Assembly (NCBI GenBank): GCA_951406725.2
Contig: OX597814.1
Span: forward strand, 67,146,001 to 67,210,000
Direction: 5' to 3'
DNA: 64,000 bases
DNA from: Octopus vulgaris
Lineage: Eukaryota
The notes beneath the pieces are model-generated. The model searched no databases and had not been told where the DNA came from. It worked only from the letters and a program-made list of their open reading frames with translations. Below are positions 25,174-37,815 of the stretch, in pieces (the stretch's first letter is position 1; each line of letters begins with the position of its first letter). The position numbers and the translations under genes were made by a program.

Positions 25174-27412
25174 ATCCAAACATGAAAACACAAAGAGAAA
25201 ACACAACAACGCAGGGATGTGGAACAAGTATAGTGTTATTGGACGCTCAGGAAAGGAAAAAAAGAGGATTTAACGTTTCAAGCAGAGCGCTTCGTCAGAA
25301 ACATAGGAAAAGGAAAGATCTAAGGAAGGGAAGACGGAGGAAAAAAATCGCCAATGGTACACACGCGGTCACATTTTGAATGACCGGAAGGGAATGGGTG
25401 AAGAAAAAGTTCTTTCAAAGACAGGAGAGTGCAAGAGAAGAAGGTATGTGTGTGTAAGTGTGGATATATGCATGCGCGCAGGTCTGTGTTTGTGTGTGTA
25501 TGTGTGTAATGATAGCACGTGTGTGTGGTTGTGGCTGTTAATCTATGTGTATGGTTGGGCTTAGTATCATTTAAGGTCAAGGAAGAATGAAGTAGGAGCA
25601 GCTCTTGTATCTACCTACCCAGGTGCATAGAAGAATGGTCAGTGGAAGGTACTGGTAGTTTGAAGTATGTGTGTGTGCGTGTATGTATATGTATTGTGTG
25701 TGTATATGTGTTCATGTGTGTATGCGGGGAATAACTGTCCTTTACTTTGTGTATGTGTGTGTGTGTGCTTGAATGTGCGTATGTGTGTATACATGTATGT
25801 ATAATTGTGTGCGTATATGAGTATGTGAGGTATTTGTGGGTTCATTTGTGTGCATGTGCGTGTATGCGTATGTGGGTGTATATACGTGTATCCGTGGGGT
25901 TGTGAGTGTTAGGTGTATGCATTCGTGTGAAGAACTTTTTCTTCACCCATTCCGTTTGTGCGCGCGCATGTGTGTGTTTGTGTCTATATGTGTATACGTA
26001 TGTGTATGTGTGTGCGCATGTATGCATATATTGTGTATGTATATGTATAGGTGTGTATCTGAATTTGTGTATACGTGTGTGTGGGGTTTGTGGAGTTTGT
26101 CTAGGCGTAATGTGCGTGTGCTTGTGTGTGCTTATGTACATATGTGTTTGTGCCCATGTGTATAATTGTGTGCGTGTCTGTATGTGTATTATTTGTTGGA
26201 GGTCTATGTGCAAACCTTTGCTAGTGTGTGTGTGTGTGTATTATGTGCATATGTATGTGCGTGTGTATATGTGTATGTGCGTGCATGTGTATATGTGTGT
26301 GAACATGGAGATGTGTCAGGTTGTGTGCATTTTGTTGTGTGTACGTGCTTGAGTATGTGCGTGTATGTGGTTGTGTGTACGTTTATATGCGTGTGTGTGT
26401 CTGTGGGGTTATGTGGGATAGGTTTCTGTGCATTCCTGTGCATGTGCGTGTACGTTTGTGTATGTGTGTGTGTATGCGCATGTGTGTGCGTGTGGGTGGG
26501 TGTATGTGTATGTATGCGTGTGTGTTTGTGTGTGGAAGTATGTGTGTATATGTGCATGTATATATGTTGTATGTGTGGCGTGTGGGAGGTATATGTGTGC
26601 ATTCGTGGATATGTATGCGTGTGTATGTGTTCGTGTATAAAAGCAATAATTTATAAAAACAAATAAAGAAACTCATCTCATTGCAAAGATATATATATAT
26701 TTGCAATGAGATAAATTTTGGCTTTATTTTTCAATAAAGTAGATTTCCTTATTTAATCTATCTTGTGTTGGTGTTCCAGTAGCACACTGATAAAATGGAA
26801 AAATTACAAATTGTGGTAGTAGTTGCTTTGCGCATTTCTCAATGTGTTCACACCCTTTAGTGAATACATTGAGAAATGTGCAAAGCAACTGCTACCACAA
26901 TTTGTAATCTTTCCATTTTATCAATGTGCCATTGGAACACCAACACAAGTTAGATTAAATAAGGAAACCTACTTCAATGAAAAATATAGGCCAAAACTTA
27001 ACCATTTCTAGCATTTTTAAATAAGGAAACTTACCTCACTGAAAAAATATATATTTATAAAGCAAAATTTAACCACTTCTAACATTCTATTCTTTCTAAA
27101 TCAAAGAATCATGTTAAATTAATAAAACCTAGTAATTCCCAACAATTTTGATTATCTCCCTTATACCGAAAAAATCCCTGATTACTGTCCCCTGTCTGGA
27201 ATTCTCATATTTCACATCATAGCGAAGAGATAACACAATATTCGAAAAGAAATTTGAGAAATTTGAAAAGAAAATACCAAACCAGTTATTTCTCCAAAAG
27301 CAATGTTACTATACACAAAATTTTATAACATTTTTCTAACATAACGACTTAAATATATTCTTTAACCATATAACACAAGTCTTCTGTAGTTTTTCACTCT
27401 ATTTTGTCTTTT
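24786..27412. mobile_element. Large foldback element (about 550-bp arms) interrupted by a 1.5-kb insertion
   Basis: 24786-25140 is the reverse complement of 27050-27412, and 26700-26850 of 26860-27000; centre near 26855. Confidence 0.8.
25170..26690 (-). mobile_element. Penelope-type terminus with hammerhead motif, followed by a long degenerate (TG/TA)n tract
   Basis: Minus strand gttt-CTGACGA-agcgctctgctt-GAAAC-gtta at 25266-25302. About 1.2 kb of low-complexity TG tract at 25440-26640. The 27-bp segment 25391-25417 recurs inverted at about 25929-25953. Confidence 0.65.
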
Positions 27413-27953
27413 ATTTATTTATTTATAGACAGACAAACAGACAGACAGATTGATAGATATCTGTGTGTGTCTTTCTGTCTTTGTCCCTCAACACTGTTTG
27501 ACAACTGGTGTCAGGGTGTTTACAGCCCAGTAATTTAGTGGTTCAATGAAAGAGACCAACAGAATAAATAACAGGTTTGAAAAGTAAAAAATAAATACTG
27601 CAGTCAAATCATTTTACTACAAAAGCTTCAAGATGGTGCCCCAGCATGGCCACAATTTAATGATTGATACAAGTAAAAGATATAAAATAGAATTTATTAG
27701 ACACATTTTTAACAAAAAAATTATATCCAATAATTCTGTAAACAAATACATGCTATTCTGTGAATGCATTCATTTTATATACCTGAAATGAATGCAGAAG
27801 TGGTACATCCCTTTTCAGGTAACATCAAGCTTACATTCAACTTACAAATACAGAAACATTTCAATACTGCCCACAACAAATTCTACTTTTAGACTTCACA
27901 ATTCAGTAAATATAAAACTACAAATGATATTTGGTAAACTTTAATATACTCAC

Positions 27954-28129
27954 ATGTCTTGGAGACGTCGATGTATCTGTTGATAAAGACTAGTATCATG
28001 TGTTATTTGGACGTAAGATAAAGCCATGCGAAGGGCTTCCATTTTTAGCGATGGACAGTAATCAGCAATGAAAATAAGTCTGTTGAGGCGAGCAATTCCT
28101 TCATATTGCTTAGCATAAGAATCGAGATC
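27954..28129 (-). CDS. GPS1: CSN1/GPS1 exon 3 (DLDSYAKQYEGIARLNRLIFIADYCPSLKMEALRMAL...IHRRLQD)
   Basis: TTTCAG acceptor, GTGAGT donor, 176 nt. Matches CSN1 [21 protein letters not shown]. Confidence 0.96.
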
Positions 28130-28647
28130 CTGAAAACAGTTAGCAAATGTATTTCTCAATATATATGTAATACACTGAAAGCTGTTATAATCTACAAGGT
28201 ATGTGTTAATTGGTAGAAATTGATAAAATGCCTACAAGTAAATGTAAGAAAACTTTTTAAAATATTCCTTTAAATTATTTCAGTTTGTAAAAGTTAATAC
28301 AGCTTAATGAAAGCTTTCATTTAACTCTTTTGTTGCCATATTTCTGTTATATATTTGTATTAATTAATGCTGAAAATAATGAAAAATTTATTATAATAAC
28401 CTTGTCATTATTATTACTTAGCTGGTGTTTGGAACTTAACATGAAATATTGATGGTAGGCTAAATTTAATTTAGATGACTTTAAAACAGAAAGTTTGTAT
28501 CATAGAACCAGGGGTGGTCTCGGATGGGTTGGCATCAAAATGGTTCATAACATAAGTTTCCTTTACTAAACACTTTCATAATGATTTGGAAGGTTTTTAA
28601 GCTTACTGTGTTGGTGATGCACACTTTTGGTGATGCACATGCTCAGT

Positions 28648-28957
28648 ATCATCATCATCATCATCATCATCATCGTTCAACGTCCGTTCTCCATGCTAGC
28701 ATGGGTTGGACGGTGGGACCGGGGATCTGGGAAGCCAGAAGGCTGCACCAGGCTCCAGTCTTATCTGGCAATGTTTCTACAGCTGGATGCCCTTCCTAAC
28801 GCCAACCACTCCGTGAGTGTAGTGGGTGCTTTTTACGTGCCACCTGCACAGCTGCCAGGCGAGGCTGGCAACAGCCACGGTCGGATTGGTGTACTTTATG
28901 TGCCACCGGCACGGAAGCCAGTCGAGGCGACGCTGGCATCGGCCACGAGTCGGATCA
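28648..28957 (-). mobile_element. Short 5'-truncated RTE copy (3' UTR only)
   Basis: (CAT)n at 28648-28673, then the reverse complement of about 4740-5005. Confidence 0.9.
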
Positions 28958-31900
28958 TGTTGTAACAATATCATACAGTTTGATTTATCATTGATAAGAT
29001 AAACATCTGACTGAAGATATTTTCTGTATCTCTTATCTTCATTAAATGATATCCTGCATAGTCATAGGAGAAAAAATGTGGTAAAATACCCTTTCATAAT
29101 CATGCAATTGTTTTAGTGATTAGGCTGTTGCACTCATGATTGCTAGATCATGGGTTCAATTCCCTTATTGGGGGGCACATTGTGTTCTTGAGCAAAACAT
29201 TTCACTTCACATTGCTCTAGTCCTCCTTTTGATCAGTAGGGAATGTTGGCCTGCTTGCCTAACCTGCAGAGTGGCTTCATTTGAAGGCTAAAATAATGCA
29301 AAAACACATTGTGACCGGTAATGTGTAACATCTGATAGCCTGGTAGGTCACGTGATAGTCATAGACATCTGAGTTACAAGTTACTGGACATACACTGTTT
29401 GAGTAAGATGCATTCCCTATATGTATAGCAAGATAAATAATTAATTTTAATGCAATTTACATTTCAGTTTTACTTTTAATACAGCAATAGGGACAAGACT
29501 AGTTATGAGATAAATAGGTTTCATTAATGTACAATGAAAATATCAATTTCTTCATAAGATACTCTAGAACACTTTATCTCTATCATTGATGAAATGAGCT
29601 ATGAAGTGAGGGTTATTTTTTTTTTTTTTATATTTATATATGTGTGTGTTCATTTGAAGAGGTAATTAAATACATCTGGGAAAATGGCTAGTAAACCATC
29701 CTCACAGCTTGTGTCAAAGAAAACCTATCTACTATTAATCTTTCCAATACTAGTAGTCTAAAACAGAGGCCCAGCCACTATTATTATATCAGGATAAGTC
29801 CGCTGCAAGCAAAATGACCTTCCCACTTAAGACAGCTTCAATTTCTAACTAGCTATACTAACAGCCAAATTTTTTGCCATTTGTTTCAAACTATCATAGT
29901 AAAACTCTGTCCCATAATGGAGCAAACCTATGCCCATTTAACATAAGAACTCTAGCAAGGTATCCCCTGATAATTAAAGAGCCCATCAATGATTGGCACA
30001 ACAAGAGACTTTTTAATAGATGTAATACCTCCTTACATTATGGAGACATGGTTTTGAAGTTGTACAGAAGGTGACCCATTTTTGAAGATGGGGGCTTTGA
30101 ACAAGCCCAACAGTATATGCAAAAGATTCTGCCTTAATCACAGAGAAGAGATGGACTCAGCAAACTGCAGTAAACAAGGCAAGCAGTCTAAGAGCAGTAA
30201 CTCTGAATAGAAATTGATACAATGCTGAGGAGAGACTAATCTTATATAACCTTTCAAGTGTTAATGGCATGATAAAATGCATCTAGTTCATTCTATAAAG
30301 TAGTTGGTGAAGACATGAAATAGACATGAAATGTTGGTGAAGACATGAAATAGACTGCTCACAGATAAGTAACACAGATACAAATTCTTTTAAGTAGGTA
30401 AAATGCTAGAATTAATGGAATATATATAATGTTGGCAGAAAATGGATGAATAAAATAACTGAGGTAATCAAAGTATGTTAGGTGAGTCTTAGGCAACATG
30501 ATTAGCCTAACATACACCAACAGTCGAGATTGACAGGTGAGCAAATGGAATGTATCCCATGAGACTCTCTTGTAGAGTATCTCAATAACAGATGACCGCA
30601 ACTTCTTTATCATAGAGAGTGACTTCAATGGACATAACTGACAACATCAAGATGGTTGGTTACAGAAGTGTACATACAGACATATAGGTTTGACCATGAT
30701 ACAATGAACAAAGAGATCAGTACTGCTATGAAGCAAATCTGAGCTTGTACCACAATACAGATATACTTCATACTTTCAAGGAAATAGTATAAACAACTGT
30801 CCTTTCTTGATATCCAATGGACAGCTTAACATAGACTAGTGATATTAGACCTCACAATTAGAGGTAGATGAAGTCAAAGACACAAGAAAAAGTAGAAAAG
30901 GTAAGGAAGCTGGAAGATCCTTCTGCACACACAGGTTCAAAGAATTACTAATAGTAATGCCTATGATTAAAAGAAGATTTGACAGAGTATCAGACTTTAC
31001 AGGAAGCCAGTTTAAGAAAACTGGCTACTAGTGACTTGCTTGTTAAAGTTATAAAGGCGCTGTCAGCTGAGAGCTAGCAACAAGTACAGTGAAGAATTTG
31101 GCATGCAGGGTCTGAATATTATAGTTCTCCAAATCATAAGAGAGTAATTCAAAACTTGTTTAGCATAGGAACTTCTGTATGCTAATGCCTCGTTCTTATA
31201 GCAAAAATAAATTCAAGAATTACAACATATGAAAGTAAATTATTTTAGTTAGCAAGTAAAAAATACTGCCATCTGGGAAGTGGTTCAGCTTGATATGATG
31301 AAAAGAGTAGGTAGAAATTCTACAGGGTATGCTTAATGTAAACAACAGGCAAGTGAAAGATACAGGGGATCACAAAAAGGCTGACAGAAGAGAAGGAACA
31401 CAAATGTAGCAGATACACAAGAGTAGGTAACAGTTAGAACCCTCATGAAATGAATTCTTTCAACTGCTGGAAGGTACAAGTACACAGAAGAAAGAGATCG
31501 AAAAAGTTCAAGGAACTATCACTACTACTAGAAACAAAATGCTTTTCTTTCCAAGTGATGGGCAGATTGTATGATGGTTATACAAAAAGTGTGATACAGC
31601 ACAGAAACAAATGAAACATGAGGAATATAAAGGATGTGCAAAGACTAGAAAGAATGTGAACATATTCTGCTAGGCATGTAATTTAAGCAAATATGAATAG
31701 CGAAACAATAAGGAGGGAGGGAAAATGGACATCAGCACATGAACAAATATGTGAATGTAGGATAAAAGTTGGTAGAAGCACCAAGCTATCAAAGTGAAAA
31801 AAAAAACAACGTAAAGAGCCTAAGCAGTGGAGGAGAATCTCAGGATGCTGAATTCATGAAGGAGACAGGATGCTGAATTCATGACTGCAGCATGTGATGA

Positions 31901-32055
31901 GAAAGTGTGCTGCAGAAACTCTGCCAATACCAACAAAGTAAAAAGGAAATGAAGAGGTAATGAAGACTCAATTTTAGAATCTAAGAAGCACCTTTATATA
32001 TTTAACCAATATTGTAATGATCAGAACAAATTTGAGTTCAATACATAATGAAGGT

Positions 32056-32250
32056 GGTGAGCTGGCAGAATCATTAGCATGCCAGGTAAAATGCTGTCTT
32101 TTTGTTCTGAGTTCAAATTCTGCTTAGGTTGACTTTGCCTCTCATTCTTTCAAGATTGATAAAATAAGTACCATTTGAGCACTGGAGTCAAAGTAATCAA
32201 CTTATTCCCTCCCCTGAAATTGCTGGCCTTGTGCCAAAATTTGAAACCAA
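32056..32250 (+). mobile_element. tRNA-derived SINE, family A
   Basis: ggtgagctggcagaatcattagc...gagttcaaattc (A and B boxes). Confidence 0.8.
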
Positions 32251-32386
32251 TAATAGAATATTATATTTACTAAAGAAATGCAGTAGCACTACCCAAATCT
32301 TTCACTACAAAATTTATTTCTTTTTAATCATTTAGATACCCATTCATAAAGTTCAAGAAGAATGTTTAAAAACTAAGTCATATTAC

Positions 32387-32479
32387 CAAAGTTGTACTTT
32401 CTACAATAGCATGGTCATTTTTTATATTCTCATTTTCTTCAGGAGAAGCATCTACTTGCATGGGTTCATCAAGAGATGG
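32387..32479 (-). CDS. GPS1: CSN1/GPS1 exon 2 (PSLDEPMQVDASPEENENIKNDHAIVESTTL)
   Basis: Polypyrimidine+CAG acceptor, GTAATA donor, 93 nt. EPMQVD matches the CSN1 motif EPMQID. Confidence 0.92.
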
Positions 32480-33367
32480 CTGAAAAAAAAACCCAAAAAA
32501 AAACAATAATATAAAATCATGTTTGAAAATGCACATACTACATCAATGAAATCCATCTCCACAGACACCAAAATATTATAAAGATAGGGAAGCCAGCAGA
32601 ATTGATTTATTTAATAATTTTCCAGAATTCTCAATTCAAGATGCAAAATAGAATATAAGTCAAATAAAACAGTGCATAACATAATAAAATTTAATTGAAT
32701 AAATGAATGGACATACATAGTCACACACATACACACAAATGAAAATCTTATGTTAGATCAACTACTAACATCATGTACTGATGAATGAATGTTCATGACA
32801 TATTGTCAGAAGAATAGCTTTCATACTATGAAAGGTTATTATGATGATGATGATAGAATAAAAACTTAAAAAGACAGAAAGCATGAAAGATATTTCAACA
32901 AGCTATAATGTAATCACAAATGTCTTTCAACTAGTTTCACTACCGGTGAGGAATTTACCCATTTTCAGAAAGTCTATGTGTTCTTTAAGCTGAATCAAAA
33001 TCAGCCTTTTGAAACCTCTCAAATAAAATGACATACCACCAATAGGGTTGAAAAAATATCTCCCCAATTCCCCTAGCAAGATAATAGCACCTTGCCATTG
33101 GTGTTATCGTCTATCCAAAGAAAAGAGAGATTTAAGGAGAAACAAAATACCCATCTGAAAACTTTCTCAACTAATTAACACTCATTGTCTTCACGACTCA
33201 TACAAATCTAGCAAATATGACTACCAGTTTATTTCTGTGAAATGTATACACTACTCTCCTCAGCAGCAGTGGTATACATGGATTTGTTTATTGACAAGCT
33301 GCTTAAAAATCACACAACATGGTATGCTCCAACAGTTAAAATTGCATAATATAATTGGATAATTTCC

Positions 33368-34740
33368 ATTCATCATCATCCAGTGTTTTAAATCTGGGGT
33401 TTTGTCCCCGTTAACAAGGGTGGCCAGATCTACCTCAATGCCATAGCAACCGCCCTCACACCAACTTGCCCAGTTTTGGGCATCCTCCCTTCTCAAGTCA
33501 GCCCTCCCAATTTACCCACATTTACCTCAAACTCAAGCACCCTCCTCAGAACATGCTCTTCATTCCACCTCAACACATGTCCATACTACTGCACACCATT
33601 CGCCCCAGTCAGCCATTCCACCAATTCCTCCAGCCCCAGCATCCCCATCAAGTCTTCAGTCCTCCTCTTAACAAACAGTTTCACACCACACATTTTTTTC
33701 ACCATTGCTCTCTCGGTCCTTCTCAAAATTGCCATCTCTCCCCATTCATACACCATGTCACACTCCCATACAGCATTGCAGCTTTCACGCAACTCCTATG
33801 ACACTTCTTTTCATCTTCAATGAGAATCTTTTTCCATATAACAATGCTCCACATTCTCTGAACTTCACCCAGCCAAGCCTCACTCTTGCTGTCACAGCTG
33901 CTTCATCTCCACCCTATCTCCCAAACAACAAAACCCTCTCACTATTTCTGCCTCGTCACATAAACGTTTCCACTGGGTCCACCAGTCCTCCAGCTCCTTT
34001 CTCACATCTTCCCCAAATAAACTTTCTTGCCAGTCTTAGGGGTCACCTTCATTTCCGTACATCTACCATGGATCCATTTTTTACATCTCGTACACAACAC
34101 CGCATTTGCCATTACACTCCTCCCACATACACCACATGGATCCATTTTACTCACTAACACTTCTCCTTCCACACCACTCACCATCACCTTTATCTTCCCA
34201 AAGTTTACTGTCAAACCCTTGCTTTCAAATGCCTCCTTCCATTTCCAAAACTTCTCCTTCAATCTCTCCATTGTCTCACTCATCAGAACAAGGTCATCAG
34301 CATACAGTATCTTCATTATTAATCCTTCACTTCCACTCTCTGTCACCACATCAACCACTATTGCAAACAACAACAGTGACAACACAAATCTCTGATGGAC
34401 ACCAACTTTCACTGCAAACTCCTCCGACATCTCTAATCCAATTCTAACTCGTCTTTACCACCATCACTGCTCTCACTATTACCTCTAGTACACCTCTCTT
34501 CCTCAATGCACACTCAATCACTTTCCTTAAAACCCTATCAAATTCCCTTTCCAGATCAACAAAGTACATATACAACTCCTTCTCCTTATCTCAGCATTTC
34601 TCTTGCAATCTCCTTACAATGAAGACTGTATCTATTGCCCAACTTCCTGGCATAAAACTAAATTGCATCTTGTCCACATCCACCCCTTTCCAAATTCTCT
34701 TCTCCAACACCCTTTCCACTATCTTCATTGCATGCTCCAT
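33368..34740 (-). mobile_element. Second RTE subfamily, 5'-truncated and degenerate
   Basis: GVHQRFVLSLLLF, YADDLVL, PHD-like CGVC...CTRC...HGRC; (GAT)n tail at about 33368-33379. Confidence 0.88.
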
Positions 34741-35621
34741 TCTGTCATGAAATTTTTTATTCAATGATCACAGCAAATAACTAAGAAAACAAGAAAACAG
34801 ATTTTTTTGGCTTTACATTGTGCAGTTTTCTGGTTTGGAGGAAACCTAGTATTATGGGGGAAATAATGCAGTTGGCAGTCAGTTTCTTGAGTGAGAGTCA
34901 GAATAATTTGGCATAATTCATTATTTCAAACACTAAGTATACACTGTTCATAACAAATGTACATGTTACTTTTTGTTTTTTTAAATTTAAAACATCATTC
35001 ATATTTCAATAGTCCACAACAAAAGAAAATAATGTCCTACCAGCCATGATAATCCAAGCAATATACAATGTATATTAATACATACACACTCAATGTGTGT
35101 GTGTGTGTGTATCTACTTATTCACTTGCCCTTAATATAAATTTATTAATTTTACCTTAACTGGTTAATATAAATTTATTAATTTTACCTTAACTGGTTAT
35201 TACAGGCTAACTACCTGATAAAATCATATATAGATTTTATCCTAAATTTTAAAATATATATAATTTCACCTAAACCAAAATTATTCACTGCTGAATTATT
35301 TGGTTGTTCACATATGGCTGAGATAAACTACATTTTTGAATTTTAATTTGTATATAAGTACAAACAGCTGTATTTACGATGTGAATCTGTTGTGTTCCTG
35401 TGCTATGCATAATTGTTCGTATTTATGTGCATTGGGTTATATTACACTGACGATGGAAAATGGGAATTTTCCCCATAATCCTGAAATCAGTTGATAAGTA
35501 ATTGAACCTTTTGTGCTTATTCCTCTGATTTCGACACGTGTTTATTATGATAGTTAAGGTAGTTTAGAGCCATTTGGTGTCTTCCTTTAGCATGTAGTTA
35601 AGCCTGTGTACTTACTTGCCC

Positions 35622-35658
<37 letters not shown>

Positions 35659-35846
35659 CTACCCATGACCTGTTGGGTCACCAGGAAACTTTGAGTTTTC
35701 CATCAACGGAGTTTTGTTTTGTGGGTTTTTTTTCTTTTCCAAGTTATTCAGATGCTTTCAATGAATGTGACATCAGAATCACATGTAAATGGCTCCTTTA
35801 CCCAGAAAAGAAAGGATTTGGCTGCTATTTCAGGGTAGCCTGCCTT

Positions 35847-37431
35847 TTCTCTTTATTATAGGCACAATGGCCTGACTGAAGAGGGGACATAACAATACAA
35901 TACAGGACATGGGGGACAAATAATAAAAATAAAAAGATATGAAATGAAATGAATTATTAACAATGAATTAAATGAAATGGCTTACGAGCCCCCCAAAGCT
36001 TGCAGTTTCATTTATATTACAGTTATACTATCTGGGGCGTTCGTCCGTAATGTAAACGAGTAATTCATCTTGCTCTATAACTCCAGGCAAACTGTCATAT
36101 CGAACGTAATACTTTATGGTTACAACTGTATCTGAAAACAAATTTTTAAATTTATTTACCATCTCTTTTTCCACTATTGCAGCCTTTGTTTTGTCATCGT
36201 ACATCTTCGAGTTCAATTTCACTCTCATTAGATTCTTCGTTGCTGCTAATTTTTTCTCAATTTCTTTATCTTTTGTGTACAATATTACAGCTCTGAGATT
36301 CTTTCCTTTAGGTCTTCCTCCTTCCTTGCATGTTTTCAGACATTCTTCCACTTTTGTTGACCATTTTACCGCTTCCTCCCACCTTGAACCTCTACTCACT
36401 TCAGTTGCTGTATCTCTCTCTTCGTGCATTCGATCCTCTGTCTCGTCAGCATACTTCTTTTTAGTTTTTTTCTTTTTTTGGTCTTTGGGTGGTGATTCCA
36501 CCCATGTTCGCTTTCTATCCTCTTTTTCTTCTGTTCTTTCCTCTTCTCTCTCCTTCACTAACTCGTCGTCACTTTCCATATTATCTCCTAAGTCCTCTGT
36601 CAAAGCTCTTATTGCTTCCTCCAGTGTCATCTTCTTCTCTTGTATTTCTCCTTCAGGACACACATATTTCATGTGCCCTCTTTTCTTACATTTATAACAC
36701 ACTGGAGGTCTCCCCTCCACCACCACTCTCAGACGTGTCTCGTCGGGTAACACTAACTCCTCCGGGATGTTATACAAATCTGGCATGGTTATGTGGACCA
36801 CATAACCCTACCAGTTTATTTCATTCAACTTTTCCACCTTAAGTATATCCACGTTCTCCTTGCAGTTGTAGATTATTGCAGCTACTATTCTTTCGGTATC
36901 AATTTCCGGTGGGATTTTGCTTATTCATATCCTCACTGCTCTTTTTCCACAATAACTAGGGAGTAAAACCCATTTTTCCGATCTCAACACTGTCGTTGCG
37001 TTCCTTTTCGCTTCGTCTTCATTTTCGAAGCGAACGTCTACCGTACCATATTTTCTACCTCTATTGTAGAAGGTAGTTCTTCCTTGTAGACACTTTTCAA
37101 TCTCTTCCACCACTGCTACTTCTATTGAGACCACATTCCATGTTCTGTATGTTATGATCTTTTTCTCTGCTTTTTTCACTTCGTCTTCAGGTGGTGTAAC
37201 CCTCAGACTCCTTCCTTCTTGAAGCTGTCGTAGTATTTCCACAAATTTTCCATCTCAATAATTATTTCTTCCAACTGTAACTCGTTCGCAGCCAGGCTTT
37301 TGCCTGCTGCTCCCGCATAAGTTTGGGCTTGCATACCCAACAAAGAATTCAACAACTCAACAGCTTTCAACAACAACAATCAACAAAACTCAACTCACAA
37401 CCGTAAATCCGAAAAACCGACACAAACACAG
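35847..37431 (-). mobile_element. ORF1-only non-LTR retroelement (Tx1/L1-like ORF1, HAL1-type architecture)
   Basis: Short 5' UTR, one disrupted ORF with a CCHC knuckle, 180-nt 3' UTR ending in AATAAA-gagaa, bounded by an 18-bp direct repeat (17/18 identical) at 35829-35846 and 37432-37449. Confidence 0.7.
36028..37334 (-). pseudogene. Gag/ORF1-like protein (about 435 codons) with RRM-like region, CX2CX4HX4C knuckle and charged tail
   Basis: Starts MQAQTYAGAA; one frameshift near 37245; in-frame stops TGA (36925-36927) and TAG (about 36808) join the two track ORFs in one frame; knuckle CYKCKKRGHMKYVC. Confidence 0.78.
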
Positions 37432-37583
37432 TTCAGGGTCGCCTGCCTTGCTCGCTGAGATGACTGCAACCTCTCTGCAAATATATCATATCAGTAAAAT
37501 TTATTTACTGATCACCGAAATTAAAAATATTGAATTTTTAAATGTCTCAGAGAGACATAAGCGGTGGTGGAGCGATATAGTGG

Positions 37584-37815
37584 TCGTATACTGTCAACTC
37601 AATGTGACAGTCCTGTAAGGACTCAGAAACATATGTCTTCTACACTCAAAAACATATGTCCTCAGGTGCCTTGTCCCGGCTTGCGGAGGTGATTGCCTCC
37701 CCTTTGCAAATATAAGGACACAGAAAATGTGTCAAAGCTAACGAAGTTTCCTACGGCTAAATGGCGGTGGTGTAATTCCCTTACGGGACTGTCACATTGA
37801 GTTGACAGTATACGA
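37584..37815. mobile_element. MITE-like element, 232 bp with 37-bp inverted ends
   Basis: tcgtatactgtcaactcaatgtgacagtcctgtaagg (37584-37620) vs 37779-37815, one mismatch. Confidence 0.8.

Noticed and set aside
25639-26706. Many overlapping Cys/Val- or His/Thr-rich ORFs
   Set aside because: They are translations of the degenerate (TG/CA)n tract, open in most frames for compositional reasons.
36116-36842. Plus-strand 193- and 117-aa ORFs
   Set aside because: Antisense shadows of the ORF1-like frame.
37561-37600. tRNA-like TATAGTGGT stretch
   Set aside because: No B box or cloverleaf; it overlaps a MITE end.
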